From Camelus ferus (lineage: Eukaryota), in NCBI RefSeq assembly GCF_009834535.1, contig NC_045697.1:66714001-66778000 (forward strand): DNA of 64,000 nt. Reading direction: 5' to 3'. Both the position numbers and the translations under genes were made by a program. Of this stretch, positions 52,408 through 64,000 are shown piece after piece (position 1 is the first letter of the stretch; each line of letters begins with the position of its first letter). Under the pieces are notes generated by a model. It had not been told where the DNA came from. It saw only the letters and a program-made list of their open reading frames with translations, and made no database searches.

Positions 52408-53901
52408 AAATTTAATTCTGATAAAATACGCATAACATAAAATTTACTATCTTAATCGTTTTTACATGTTATAATTCTGTAGTGTTAAGTACATTCACAC
52501 TGTACCAATCTCTGTAACTCTTTTCATCTTTGCAAAGTTGAAACAGTCTGCTTGGGCAGCTAGAACGTAGTACAATATACTGAGTGGCTTAAAGAACGGA
52601 CATTTATTTCTCACAGTTCTGGAGGCTGGAAAGTCCAAGGTCATGGTACCAGAACATTCGGTTCCTGGTGAGGGCCCTCTTCCTAGCATGTAGACTGCTG
52701 CCTTCTTGCCGTGTCCTTACATGGCAGAGAGAGAACACAATAGAGCTCGCTCAGGTCTCTCTTGCTCTTCTTATCAAGACAGTTCCATCAGGGGGGCCTT
52801 ATCTTCATGACCTTGTCTAAACCTAATCATCTCCCAGAGACCCCACCTCCAAATACCATCACACTGGGGGTTATGGCTTCAACATAGAACATCATCACAA
52901 CATGTATCTTTTTGTTACTTGTTTATTTCACTTAGTATAACATCTTTAAAGTTCACCCATACTGTATGTGTATCAGAATTTCCTTCCCTTTTTAGGCTGA
53001 ATAATATTTCATTGTATGCATATGACACATTTTGTTTACCCATTCATCTGTAGAAGAACTCTGGAGTTGTTTTTACCTTTTGGCTATTGTGAATAATGTT
53101 GTGATGCAAGTGTATAAATATCTTCTCAAAATTCTGCTTTTAATTCATTTGGGTGTATATCCAGTAGAATTGTTGGATCATACAGTAATTCAATTTTTAA
53201 TTTTTTTGTGGAGCCTTGGTACTGTTTTCCATTCTAGCTGCATTACTTTACATTCCCACAAACAGTGCACAAGGGTTTCAGTTTCTGTACATCTTATTTT
53301 TTTGAAAGGAGCCATCCTATGGGTATGAGATGATGTCTCATTGTGGTTTTAATTTGCATTTCCCTAAAGATTAGTGATGTTGAGTATCTTTTTCTATGCT
53401 TGTTGGCCATTTATAGATCTTCCTTGGAGAAATGTCTATGTAAGTTAGTTGCCCATTTTTTGATTGGGTTGTTGGTTTTTGTTGTTGTTGAGTTCTAGGC
53501 TTTCTTTTATATGCTGGATGATAACCTCCTATCAGATACATGATTTGCATGTTTTGTCCCATTCCTTAGGCTGATTTCTCACTCTATTGATTGTATCCTT
53601 TGATGCATAGAGTTTTTAAATTTTGATGTCCAATTTATTATTTTTTAATTGTGCTTTTGGATTCGTATCCAAGAAATCATTGCCAAATACAATGATATGA
53701 AACTTCTTCCCTATGTATTCTCCTAAGTGTTTTATAGTTTTAGTTCTTAAATTTCGTTCTTTGATCCTGTTTGAGTTAATTTTTGTACATGGTGTAAGAA
53801 AGTAAGGGTCCAAATTTTCCTCTCGCATGTAGATATTCGGTTTACCCAGCACCATTTGTTGAAAAGGCTGTCTTTTCCCCATTGAATGCTCTTGGCAACC
53901 A
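52408..53901 (-). mobile_element. L1MB-type element (3'UTR and ORF2 end) interrupted by an MLT1A LTR
   Basis: 3' end taaaatacgcataacataaaatttactatcttaa. ORF2 remnants in the track include IQWGKDSLFNKWCW and LDPYFLTPCTKINS. Confidence 0.9.
52545..52902 (-). mobile_element. MLT1A/A0-like solo LTR
   Basis: catttatttctcacagttctggaggctggaaagtccaag...ggtgagggccctcttcct...ccccacctccaaataccatcacactggggg...ttcaacata. Confidence 0.92.
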
Positions 53902-54399
53902 TATTGATGCTCTGTGTATGCTGCTGGAGCAAAGGTAAAAAGGGCCTTTAGTGCATGGAAATGAGAGAATAACCTAAGAGACAATTTTGGGGAGATTCCA
54001 GGGTTTTTCTAAATAAGTTAGAATTGCAGGTAATTCCAGGAATGAAATGGTGGAATCTTGTCAGATCAACAGCAGGAAAAGGAGAACTTTGAGCAACTTC
54101 CTGAGCCAAAAAGAGAATATACAGACTTTGTTTTGGTTTTTTTTTTTTTTTTTTGGAAGATATCTGCATTAGACAAGAAAGGAAGTGTTAAAAGCATAGA
54201 CAAAGGTGAATGACAGGCATCCTAAGGAAATATGAAGTGTAGTGGGAAAGACAGGAGACAAATAGTTATAATACAGGGTAAACTGATAAGATAAATGTCA
54301 TAGAAGTGATGGTGATAAAGTGCTGTGGAAGTTAGAAGAGGAAAAATCTACTTCTGCTGAGAGAATCAACTGGGTCTTCCTGGTACTTAAAATTCCACC

Positions 54400-54827
54400 C
54401 GAGCACTTACCTGTGGGACACAGCTGTTCCCACAGTTGAGCCTAGACACCCCAACTTGCCCTGCTCACATCAGCATCGCTAGAGCTGGATGCTGCCGTGA
54501 GGGCTGCTGCACTGCTGCCTTTGGGATGAATATAGCTGCTGCCGCTCCCACCAGCGCCAGTCAGAATGGATAACCTGAGGTCTTGATTAAATTCGTGTAA
54601 AGTCCGGGAGAGGTGCATCTGATTTGGAAAGTTTCAGTCATGCAGTCAGATCCCAGCTACAGGAGAGGTAAAAAAGTGCTTGTGTGACCATTTTTTGGTT
54701 TTTGTCTGTTTGTTTTTTTACCTTCTGTTTTGGTAGAGCTCTGCGTCAAACAAATGGAAGATGCCCAACATATAGAAAGTGAGAAGGGCTTAAAGCCAGG
54801 TGGCTGCAAAGTGTGATAACAGGCACA
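54400..54827 (-). mobile_element. Old MLT1 (K/L/N-like) LTR
   Basis: ggtgcatctgatt...gtcatg...cccagctacaggagagg and a GC-richer LTR-like body. Confidence 0.5.
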
Positions 54828-54839
54828 GAGCTGACAGAG

Positions 54840-55345
54840 GTAAAATTTGAAATGCGGCAGGAGGAGGAGTAATGTTTAGACGTGCAGTGGGATGTGGAAA
54901 TATGGGGTGGTGGTTCAAAAAAAGATCTATCCTGGTAGTTGAAATTGTATTAGGTGAAGTCTGGGTGTTACAAAGGAATACATTTGAGAGAAGGGATCAT
55001 TGGGAACGAATCATGATTACCTACATTTACACGAGCATGAGAGGAAGAAACTTGGGTGAATAGGCCCTCATCATGGAAACCAAAGGAAGAGCTGCTCGCG
55101 AGTACCTAGTAAATCGTGTTTGTTCAATTTACTTTTAAATGAACGAGGCTTTTAAGAAGGGTGTCTTGTGTTGCCTAGGGATGAAAAGGATACAGACTGA
55201 GAAAAATTCATTGGGTTTGTTGACCTTTGAAAGAAGAATTTCATTAGAATGATGGGAGTAGAATCCAGAGGGCAAATATTTACAAGGAAAAAGTAATTGG
55301 GATGAGAATAAGGTGGCGCTAAAGGTCAGGTATTTTAGGAAGAGA
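54840..55345 (-). mobile_element. L2 fragment
   Basis: catggaaaccaaaggaagag...gaaaaattcattgggttt...tgacctttgaaagaagaatttcattagaatgatggg. Confidence 0.55.
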
Positions 55346-55389
55346 GAGAGAAGACTGGTCACAGGAAATACTTTCCAAAAAGTCACTGT

Positions 55390-55945
55390 TTCAGGTGCTT
55401 ATGGTATGTAAGTGAGCAAAATGGACAATGATCAGTAACGCCCTTGGGGGTCCTTACATTCTAGAGGGGTGAGGGAAGCTAGACAGTTAGCAATAAATAC
55501 AGTAAGTAAGTGAATTACATAGTGGTTAGAAGGTGATGAGTGGGGTGGGGGGGAAGTAAAACAGCATAAGGAAAACTTGTTGGATCTGTTGACCTTGGAA
55601 AGAAGAATTTTATTAGAATGGTGGGAATAGAGGTCCAGGAGGGTCAGGGAGGGATTTGGGGTTGGGGGTGGTTGTTGTCGTAAGAAGAGCAATAGGATAG
55701 GCTTCACTAAGGTGAGATTGAGCCAAGACCTGAAGGAGGATGATGGAGAAAGCTAAGTAGATACGTAAGGGAAGAGTGTTTTGGGCGGAGGGGTAGGAGG
55801 CAGACAGCTCTGAGCTGGAGCATGCGTGCTGTGTTTGAGGAACAGGATGAGAAAGAGGGAGAGCAGTGGGAGAAGAGCCCACTTAGTGAGACAATTGGAA
55901 GCCGCCTCTCATATGACCTTGTAAACCATCATAAAGACTTTGTAA
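55390..55945 (-). mobile_element. L2a-like fragment
   Basis: cttacattctagagggg...ttagaaggtgatgagtg...ggcttcact...tgagccaagacctgaaggagg...gtgtttgaggaacag...ccttgtaaaccatcataaagactt. Confidence 0.8.
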
Positions 55946-57192
55946 GGACATCAGAAGCATCTGCTCTAGGACTCACAGCTCTTTGATACTTTTGTAGCCC
56001 AATATGAGGTTAATCAAAAGCTTTCTTATGCAATTCAGAAAAGCGTTGACTTTCCATAGGCTCTTTCTGTTAATAAACTTCCAGAAAGAGATAATGTGAA
56101 AACCAACACAAAGATGTAATGTTAGATAACAGATGCAAAGTGAGGCAAGTTTCTTTATTGAAGAGGCAGGAGTTAAATTTCGATGAATAACTTGTAGTTC
56201 TTTTGCCTTAATTCATAGAGTGAAGTAAATATTTTGTTCAGTTGTCAGTTTCTGATTACATACGTAACATTTTAATGAAAAATTGAAAAATCCTTTTTAG
56301 ACAAGTGTTTCTAAATGAGCAGCTATTGCTTTTGAACTTCTTTTCCTTTTTTCTTTGCACATCCTTTGGTGGAGGTGCTAATGAGATACATTGAGGACTT
56401 TGAAGTGTTTCTACTGTAAACTTTGGGAGACCTCAGAGTAGAAATCATAGTGACTATTTAAATCAGGTTGGTCACCTTAATGGGCCTTAAATCATCTGGA
56501 AAAATGCAAGTTTTACTCAGGTTGGTTAAGGTTTAATTTGAATGTTTCATTTGTCATAATCCTTAAAGTAACTCGCTGCTTGACTCAATTTTTCTTTTTC
56601 AGCTGGTGCTTGATAGTAGCAGATATAACCACACAAAGTGCTGATTAACTATAATAAAAAAACATAGAGCACGATAAAGGAATCCCTGTGTAACCAAGGC
56701 TTTTATATTAGATAAGAATTGTATTACAATTTCATATATTTTTATTGGACTAGTAGGGATTTTGTGTCTAAATATGTCGCTGGTTTTATCTGATATTATG
56801 ATCAGTAAACCTCATCCTCTTTGCCTCCATAATTTAAGCCTCTTGTATCATTCCACGTACATTTAGTATCCTCTGATTTTGCTGCATTGCTCTAGATAGA
56901 GCACAGAAAGAAAGGGTTTCACTGACTGAAGTCTTATTTCACTGTACTGTGACCTTCTCTGAATAAGGTCTATATCTGGGGTTTCTTTACATTTATTTAT
57001 TTGTTGTTTACAAACTAATTGTTTAAACAGCCAAACCAACACTCAGTCTTGTGAAAATTCTCTATTTATGGAGTCTGTTAGAAATGCTTTCATGAGATTA
57101 TCAGAAAATGTCATTTTTCGTAAAAAAAAAAATTCAAGACACTAAGCAGTTGTGCTTTATATCTGGAGACAGGTGAAAGAAGACGAGGGAGT

Positions 57193-57226
57193 TATATATA
57201 TGTGTGTGTGTGTGTATGTATGTATA
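57193..57226. repeat. Compound (TA)n(TG)n(TATG)n microsatellite
   Basis: tatatatatgtgtgtgtgtgtgtatgtatgtata. Confidence 0.85.
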
Positions 57227-58974
57227 CAGATACAGTATGTTTCAGGCATCCTTTTGGTATCAGCCATCTGTCATTAGGAAAATACTTCAGTGTACACAGT
57301 TGACTTCTGCTGGTAGAAGAGATGAAAGGGTTGAGCATGGCATGAATCTGAACTGAAAATCGTGGCATTATTACTTTTATTTGAAAATATTTTTGCATGC
57401 ACAAAGATTCTAAATATCACCTTAAAATTTAGCTTTCTGTGGTGTTTATATTCTGGCATCAATTTTTAAAACACTAAGAGCTAAGTCTGCTAAGAGGCGT
57501 GTCGGTCATACACTGGCAGCACTACTGCTGAGAAAGTACTACAGGGAAGCTACTCTGTGCTGAATAAACTAAAATGTTTCTTATGAATGTCTTCTCTGTT
57601 ACTTCAAAAAACTTTGTCTCGTGTCATTTCTAACGTATATATATTTATATATTTTCCAAGGAGTGGAAAACGGATTTCCTAGGAGCTGTCTCTGTATGAT
57701 GTGTGAACTTAAACATAGACTTTTCAAATGTTTAAATAAGGTCTGTACTTTAACTGCTTTTATAATCCCTTTTATGTGTAAACTAATATGCACCTTCCTT
57801 CTAAATTATATTCAGAGGAATTTACAAGGAAAATACAAGATAAAATGAAATTTTATTAATATACTTTCTATTTAAAATTTTGTTTTCAATTTATTTATTA
57901 TCAGTTCAAGTTGGCTGTGCATGAAATTAAGGCACAACTGACTCTAAGATGAAATAAGAGTGATAGTAATCCTCTTTAAGACACTGATTTTGATATGAAA
58001 CTATGTTCAGATTTTTGTAGTCGCTAGCAAGGGATACAGACAGTATAGGTTTTGATTTTATGCACAGGGATGCTTTAGCTCTAATTTGATAAAGAAGATA
58101 GTATCCTTTGGAATAGAGCTTTCAGTAAGACAAGGTAGTAGCTTTGGTGTGTTCTAGTGTGTAACTTTAATTTTGAGGAGTCTGGGGCCAAAGTGTTAGG
58201 ATACTAGGGTATTTCTGTTATTACTTAAACAAACGACAAAACCCCCTTTATCACATGGTTCCTTGTAAGTGGGGCAAAGTAGATCTTCTCAACTGCCTTC
58301 TCATGCTGTAAAGAAAACAGCCTCTTTTGTTAAAACAAACTCAGACTCATGTGGTGAGAGGTGGACTACATTACATGGCTCCTGTGACTTCCTTCATCCA
58401 CTTTCTTCTAAGCCTGCAGCGTTGCCTCACTGTACCTCCTAAAGCACAGGTCTGCTCGAGGGAGAAAGCCTCTCAGTTCTGAGGGACCTCACTCACCTTA
58501 GTGGCTTCACTTACAAAATGTGTTTAATAACACCTGCATCAGAGGGCTGCTGGGCAAGTTAAAAATATGTATACATGACACTGCTTTACATTAATGATTA
58601 TTTTAATTATTATTAATATGCTTTTTATAAACTACTGTTCATCCTCTGGAGGAGAGGTCCATCTCTCCTTGCACCTGAAACCACTGCCCTCTGCGTTCAC
58701 TGCTATGGCCTCCAGCGTGTCTGTTGTCCTTCTCTGAACCGAGAGGTTTGGGATTCAGGATACCTGACCCCTCACTTGCTCCAGCCTTCAGGCAGTCATG
58801 TTCCCTGAATGAGTCTCACCAGCCCCTAGAGTCTGAGTCCTGCACCTACTGCATGGACTGTTTCTGCCCCAGTTATTTCTTGCAGAGCAAACACACATGG
58901 GTCGCTAGTTAGTGATGTACTGGTGTCTGATCCTCTCTACCCTTAACCAGTTCCAGGCCTCCTTGGCTCAGATA

Positions 58975-59110
58975 CACTCAGGATTCTCATCTGTAAATGG
59001 GAATGATGTTACCTGCCACACAAGGAAGCAGTGAGGATTCATGAGGCAACACACTGATGAGTTACAAAGCATTGTGTCTAAAGAGTAAAAGTCACCAAGT
59101 GTTATGTGTC
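58975..59110 (+). mobile_element. MIR fragment
   Basis: tctcatctgtaaatgggaatgatgttacctgccacaca...gtgaggattcatgag. Confidence 0.7.
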
Positions 59111-61409
59111 ATCACCATTGTCCTATAATCTGTCTACAAATAACCTGTTGATCTTCTCTGGGTTTGTTACTTTCCAGCCCCTGCCAAGGCATCTTCCTCA
59201 CATTCAGTTTTAGTGTCTGACCTGAGATAATCGTATTGACCAGGTGATGGATTTCTCTGTAGCGAATGACAGAGAATAATCTCATATTGTATGTATCACT
59301 TGCTCCCTATCACTAGGGTACAAGTGTGACCTTTTTAGCATTTAGTTGAATAACACGGAAGCCAGGTAGTAACTGAGCCAGAATTATGCCTATATGGGGT
59401 TTAGGGGTCCTGGGGCAGCCTGGAGGTTTGTTTTGTTTTGTTTCTTGTTAGCTTATCTTAAGTTCACCAGGCTGATTTTCATTAGTAGTTTCATCGTGTA
59501 AGTTGTCTTTAGTTCTCTTCTACTCTTTAATGTTAATTGCTTTTTGTGTCTAGTCTTATCTTGTATGTAGGCTGTCCACATCCTTGTTATATTCATTGTC
59601 TGACATGAGCTTTAAAAGAGAACTCTGCAATCCCTAGGTAAATGAAACTGTCTTAGATTTAAGATATCATTCTGCTAGAAAATGCCATGAAGTGTATTGC
59701 TGTAATGGTTTTGGTTGTGCTGATGACCAAATTATGCCCTCCAAGTACACAGTGTTACAGCATCTTAGGAGAATAAAGTTTGAGGCTTATTTGTTCTCTT
59801 TCAAAAGCTATCTCAAATCCTTTTAATGAGTTGTGAGAAGTAGCAATGATAAAAGACCAACATCGAAAGCTTTTATCAGAAGATATTATCATGTCTGTTT
59901 CATAATATTGGGGCTCTCGCCTGTTAATAATGATGATACTTGTATTAGGTGAAAAGTGGTTTATGCTGTTGATTGAAGTTTAATTTACATAAAGATATGT
60001 TCAGTGTATTTTATAACAGATACTCTACTGTTTTTTCAGTGCCTCAAAATGGATACCTTTTATGATGCTTGTTATAAAAATTCATATTTTTAGTTTTTGT
60101 TTTATATACTTAGTGAACAATTATTTCAGAAAAAATAAAATCAGTTGGCTAAAGTCCATGAAACCTGGTTTATAAGTAAAGATTTTGACATTTTAAAGCT
60201 GAAGTGAAATCTGGTTGTCTCCGTGTGTGAAATTTTTTGTTACTAGTGGTTAACTATAGAGAATTTTTTTCAAATAACACCCTTTTAATAACAATGGTCT
60301 CCCCAAATATACTGTGGCACAGCTTTAAACTTTATTAAGTCTGCCTTGGACTCCCCCTTCCTCTCCCTGAGTAAATGGAAGAAAAGTTTGGCAGGCTCCA
60401 TGCTGTGTGCTTGATTGATGTCCAGAACATCTAAAGGACTTTTGTGTCCTGCCCGCTCTCCATGAGTGCATAATGTGTGGAATACTTAAAGAAGGTCAGC
60501 CCTTATCACATGTAATCTAGGCCTGAAAGCCGATCACCGGTGACAGTCATATCCCGTAAGTTAGAACACAAATCATCCTCTACATGCTTTAGACAAGTTG
60601 TGGGATAGTTTTTTCTTTTTTACCCCTTCCCACTCACGGGGGACCTGGCAGTGCAGTGAAAGCAGAGAGAAGACGTGCTCAGAATAATGTGTCATTCCTT
60701 GGAGGGAGGAAGGGATTGTTTATTTGTAATGATGTGATGGACTTTCACTGTGCAGCTGAAGGGAACGTCGGGTTGTTAATGACTAGTGATGTGGAATGCT
60801 GCAAATTAGAACGGGTTGGGGAGGCAGGAGGCAGCCTGAAAGTGGGCTGAAGCTGTTGCTTTGTAAACTCTGAAGTCAGGGGGAAAAAAAGTTTTTGTAC
60901 ACTTGAGTTCTCTTGTTCATTTCTCCCCCCATAATGGAGTAACTTTTTATGTCCACTACGTACGTGTATAGCTGAAAATCAGAATAATAAAATGACTTAG
61001 CCAGTACAATTCTGAGCACACTTTACTATTTTTTGCACAACCAGTATGAAAGTTTGAAAACTGTTTTACTGCAAAGCTCCATGGAATGGTAGGGACCTAA
61101 AATGCTTCAGCTTCTAATAGGAAAAAGGAAATAACTGTTGTTTTTATGCGCCTGTGTGTTTGAACAGAAGTTTAATTGAAAGGTAAACGTTGTCCCAAAC
61201 AATGTTAGCAGAGATGTTAAAGTATGAAAAAAAATAACACTCACCTTATTGTTCTCATGAAGAATGATAAGGGTATTGTTGTATTTTCTTACATAAAAAG
61301 GAAAATATTCTTCATCTTATCTCAAAAACTTTTCTAGTTTCTTTCGAAATGTAATCAGCTGCACGAATTGGCTGCAGTCTATTCGCACAATGGTAACTGT
61401 GCCAACGCC

Positions 61410-61930
61410 TCCTTCAGAAACCAAGGCATTGCTTCCAGTGTATGTAGGATAAAATCAAAATCAAGTTAGGAGCTGTAAGGCCCTTCCTCCCCAGTGTCTC
61501 CCAGTCTCCTTTTCCAGCCTCATTTCACTGCTTTCTATGGATACCCGGTTTCTCATGTGCTCTGCAGATACTCTTTTTCTTCCTCATAAATGTCTGTGCT
61601 GTCTGTTCTCTTTGCTTGGGATTCTTTTGCCCTCCCCTCACCCAGTGAATTCCTACTTATCTTTGAAGACCTAGTTCAAATGCCTCTCCCCCACAAGTCC
61701 GATCCCCACCCCCGGCCAGAATTAATCTCTGTTTATCCACTGTGCTTTCCACATTCCCTCAGCGTAGCAGGCAGTTACGGTTTTGCATTGTCATTATTTG
61801 ACTGTTTGTCCTCACCCATTACAGGGTAGGTTTTGTCCTGAAGGCAGGCACTGTCTTTTTAATGTTCTCCTACCCCATTCACTACACGCAGTCTCCCAAT
61901 AACAGTTTAAAAAGCTGTATAAATACATAA
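61410..61930 (+). mobile_element. L2 3' fragment
   Basis: aggataaaatcaaaa...aattcctacttatctttgaagacctagttcaaatgcc...cctgaaggcaggcactgtc. Confidence 0.7.
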
Positions 61931-62292
61931 AATCTGGAGACTAAGGGAGGTTCGTTGTGAAAATAAGTCATGAATGGTAATTGTTAGAAAGGTGGTCTCA
62001 TAATTTAAAGCTATTTTGTGTACTTCTGCTTTAATTGCATGATTACTTAATAAATGAAGTAAAAATAAATGGCTTAAATAAATATTTGCCTTTGTGGGTG
62101 TAATACAAATTTATAAAACCTTGATTTAACCTATGGTATATTTTGTATTCTTGTTTTAGTGATCACATTTTTTTGTGACAGAAACAGTTTGGCAAATGTT
62201 ACTTTAAGGAACATTATTGTTAATAATTTTTTTTTTTCTTTTGGTCAAGAGGCAGGAGCGTGATTAGTGAGATTTGTTGTGAAATTGCTGAC

Positions 62293-62435
62293 CATTTTCT
62301 GATGTCCTCCTGTGTTCTGGGCACTGTATTCAGTAGTTTGTATTCGTTTACTTGTAGAACTCATACAGTAATTTTACCAGTTGGATAATGAGCAGACTGT
62401 AGAACAGAGAGTTGAAATAATTTGCCCAGGGTTCT
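62293..62435 (-). mobile_element. MIR fragment
   Basis: tgtgttctgggcactgt...cagagagttgaaataatttgcccaggg. Confidence 0.6.
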
Positions 62436-62602
62436 TTCAGATAGCAGTTAGGCGCTCTCTGCTTCACAGCACAGACTTCATAAATCTAGCATGAGTGGGT
62501 CTGTATAAGAATTCTACAAATAGTGTATAGCAACGACATGTCCTGCTCGTGTTGGTAGTGCTGTCTCTCGTCCTTTCCTTTTCCCTTGCCCTTCTCGCAC
62601 AG

Positions 62603-62680
62603 TGTGTTTTCAAATGGAGACCTTTCTTTTAATGTTCTCTCAGAGCTTTCTTCGAAGATTCATTTGGTGTGAATTTTAAG
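62603..62680 (+). other. Candidate internal exon (78 nt; 37-nt form from 62644)
   Basis: A long pyrimidine tract ends in cacag at 62602, a second acceptor ttctctcag ends at 62643, and the donor AAG|GTGAGT is at 62680/62681. Confidence 0.45.
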
Positions 62681-63059
62681 GTGAGTGGGCTGAATCATAT
62701 GCAAATCTGGATTTTTTTTTTTTTTGCTCACTCAGATTTCTGATCTACATTATGAGTTTTTGTTTTTGTTTTTTTAAAGATCTTTGATCCTATTTGTCTG
62801 GAATTTAATTATGCATTGTATGGAACATCTCCTTCATTGTTGACACCCAGCATATGTTAAATAATAAAGGCAAAATGGAGGGAATTAATAGGGCTACCTC
62901 TTAAATTTCTTAGTAGTATAGATGAAAGACGTCTGTATTACCGAAACAGTCAACTAAGTGGAAGCCTCTCCTCACGCTTCCAATTTTCACTTCTTCCTCA
63001 CCTAGTTAGAAGTTTAGGTTCAGAGACTCATCCTATATTCTGAAATCCTAAACCTTTTT

Positions 63060-63596
63060 TTTAAAAAATCATTAAGCCAGTCCATGCTCCAAAGCCTTTT
63101 GGTTAGTTATATAATGTATAGCCTAAAGTCTGTAACCTGCTTTCAGAATCCTGCACAACCTGGTTCCACTCTGTCTAGCTTTTCTCTCCAGCCATTTACT
63201 AATAGGAGCTGTCTGCGCCAGTAAGATTTTCCTTCTCATTCTGTTGCACAAATGAAATATTTAATCCTGCCTCTAATCCTTGCTCATATAATTTTCTCCC
63301 TTTCCATCTCCTCTATCTCTGTATAAAGTTTGTATTTCAGCATCCAGCCCTGCTTTCAATTTCTGGCCCAGTCTAATCCATCCCTTACTGTGATTTTCCA
63401 TCTTTGTTCCATTTGAAGGCATTTCATCTTAAAGCAGCTTACCTTTTTACCTTAGTTCTCTATTTTATTTATATATATATATATATAAAACTTCTTCTGT
63501 GGTATTGTAAACTTCCTGAGTGCATTTACTTCAGCTAGCAAGCATGTAATATAGAATCAGAAATGGTTGCTGATATGGATTGTTTTGAACTGAATT
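63060..63596 (+). mobile_element. L2 3' fragment
   Basis: aaagtctgtaacctgctttcaga...tgtaaacttcctgag...gttttgaactgaatt. Confidence 0.5.
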
Positions 63597-64000
63597 AGGA
63601 TTCTAGGGAGAGAGCAACTCTTCTCTCTTCATGCTTTGCACCATTTACGGATGCCCATACTGGGGAAATGTGAGCAGTGGGAGCTGTCCCACATTTCAGC
63701 CGTTCACTCCTCATCCCAGAGCTCAAGGCTAGGTTCCAAATTAGCAGTGGAACCATGTTGTGATGTGGCTTTGAGCCGAATATAGAAGGTTTGAACAAGA
63801 GAGTCTACTGCTTAATTCTTGTCTGCTTTTCCCTCGTACTGCCCCTCTGTTCCTGATCACCCCGTATTCATTTAATATGCCTCAATCTCTCTTCTTAGCT
63901 AAAAGGGATGTGGATAAATGATACTGAAAGACTATCTCATTTACTACCCCCGAACAGATTTTCCTGACAAGTAAGTTGCACGGATTCTGTGAAATGCAAA

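Larger units (their letters stand above)
1..64000 (+). other. Probable large intronic or 5'-UTR region of an unidentified mammalian gene
   Basis: There is no long ORF and mammalian repeats are dense. T-tracts are frequent on +, the two longest younger L1s and the recognisable MaLR LTRs are antisense, and the strongest splice-site-like motifs (21521, 37874, 62681) are on +. The host gene was not recognised. Confidence 0.55.

Noticed and set aside
1..64000. The 60-126 aa ORFs in the track as host protein-coding genes
   Set aside because: They are short and often start at non-ATG codons. Many lie within repeats, and the recognisable ones are decayed L1 ORF2 or hAT transposase pieces.
1..64000. 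Naming the host gene, or calling tRNA, snoRNA, miRNA, CpG island, prokaryotic or viral systems
   Set aside because: No coding exon or RNA-gene signature was recognised, so any gene symbol would be a guess.

Overview
This is mammalian nuclear DNA. It is AT-rich, depleted in CpG and dense in repeats. The lineage is probably cetartiodactyl, most likely camelid: this is inferred from the 3' ends of the young L1 copies and from not recognising any Alu, Bov-tA, PRE-1 or CHR-2 SINEs. The window looks like the inside of one very large intron (or 5'-UTR introns) of an unidentified gene, probably transcribed on the + strand. No intact protein-coding ORF, RNA gene or CRISPR array is supported; the ORFs in the track are L1 ORF2 or hAT transposase remnants, or chance ORFs. 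Main content: (1) a complete old MaLR (MLT1-type) LTR-internal-LTR provirus with two nested L1 insertions (1862-6071); (2) a near-full-length Charlie1a-like hAT transposon (39454-40855); (3) MER5, MER20 and solo MLT1 LTRs, plus many L1, L2 and MIR fragments. The best non-repeat signals are a candidate TATA-type alternative promoter and non-coding first exon (about 21160-21520), a candidate 78/37-nt exon (62603-62680), a 6-nt microexon or recursive-splice-like site (37868-37873), a perfect nuclear-receptor DR4 (29725-29740), a cluster of liver transcription-factor motifs (about 11500-11640), a possible ancient RTE-clade endonuclease remnant (about 41723-42055) and a locally templated duplication of about 70 bp (55201-55640). 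I found no convincing new biological system. Repeat families were assigned by eye from recalled consensus motifs, and boundaries are approximate.
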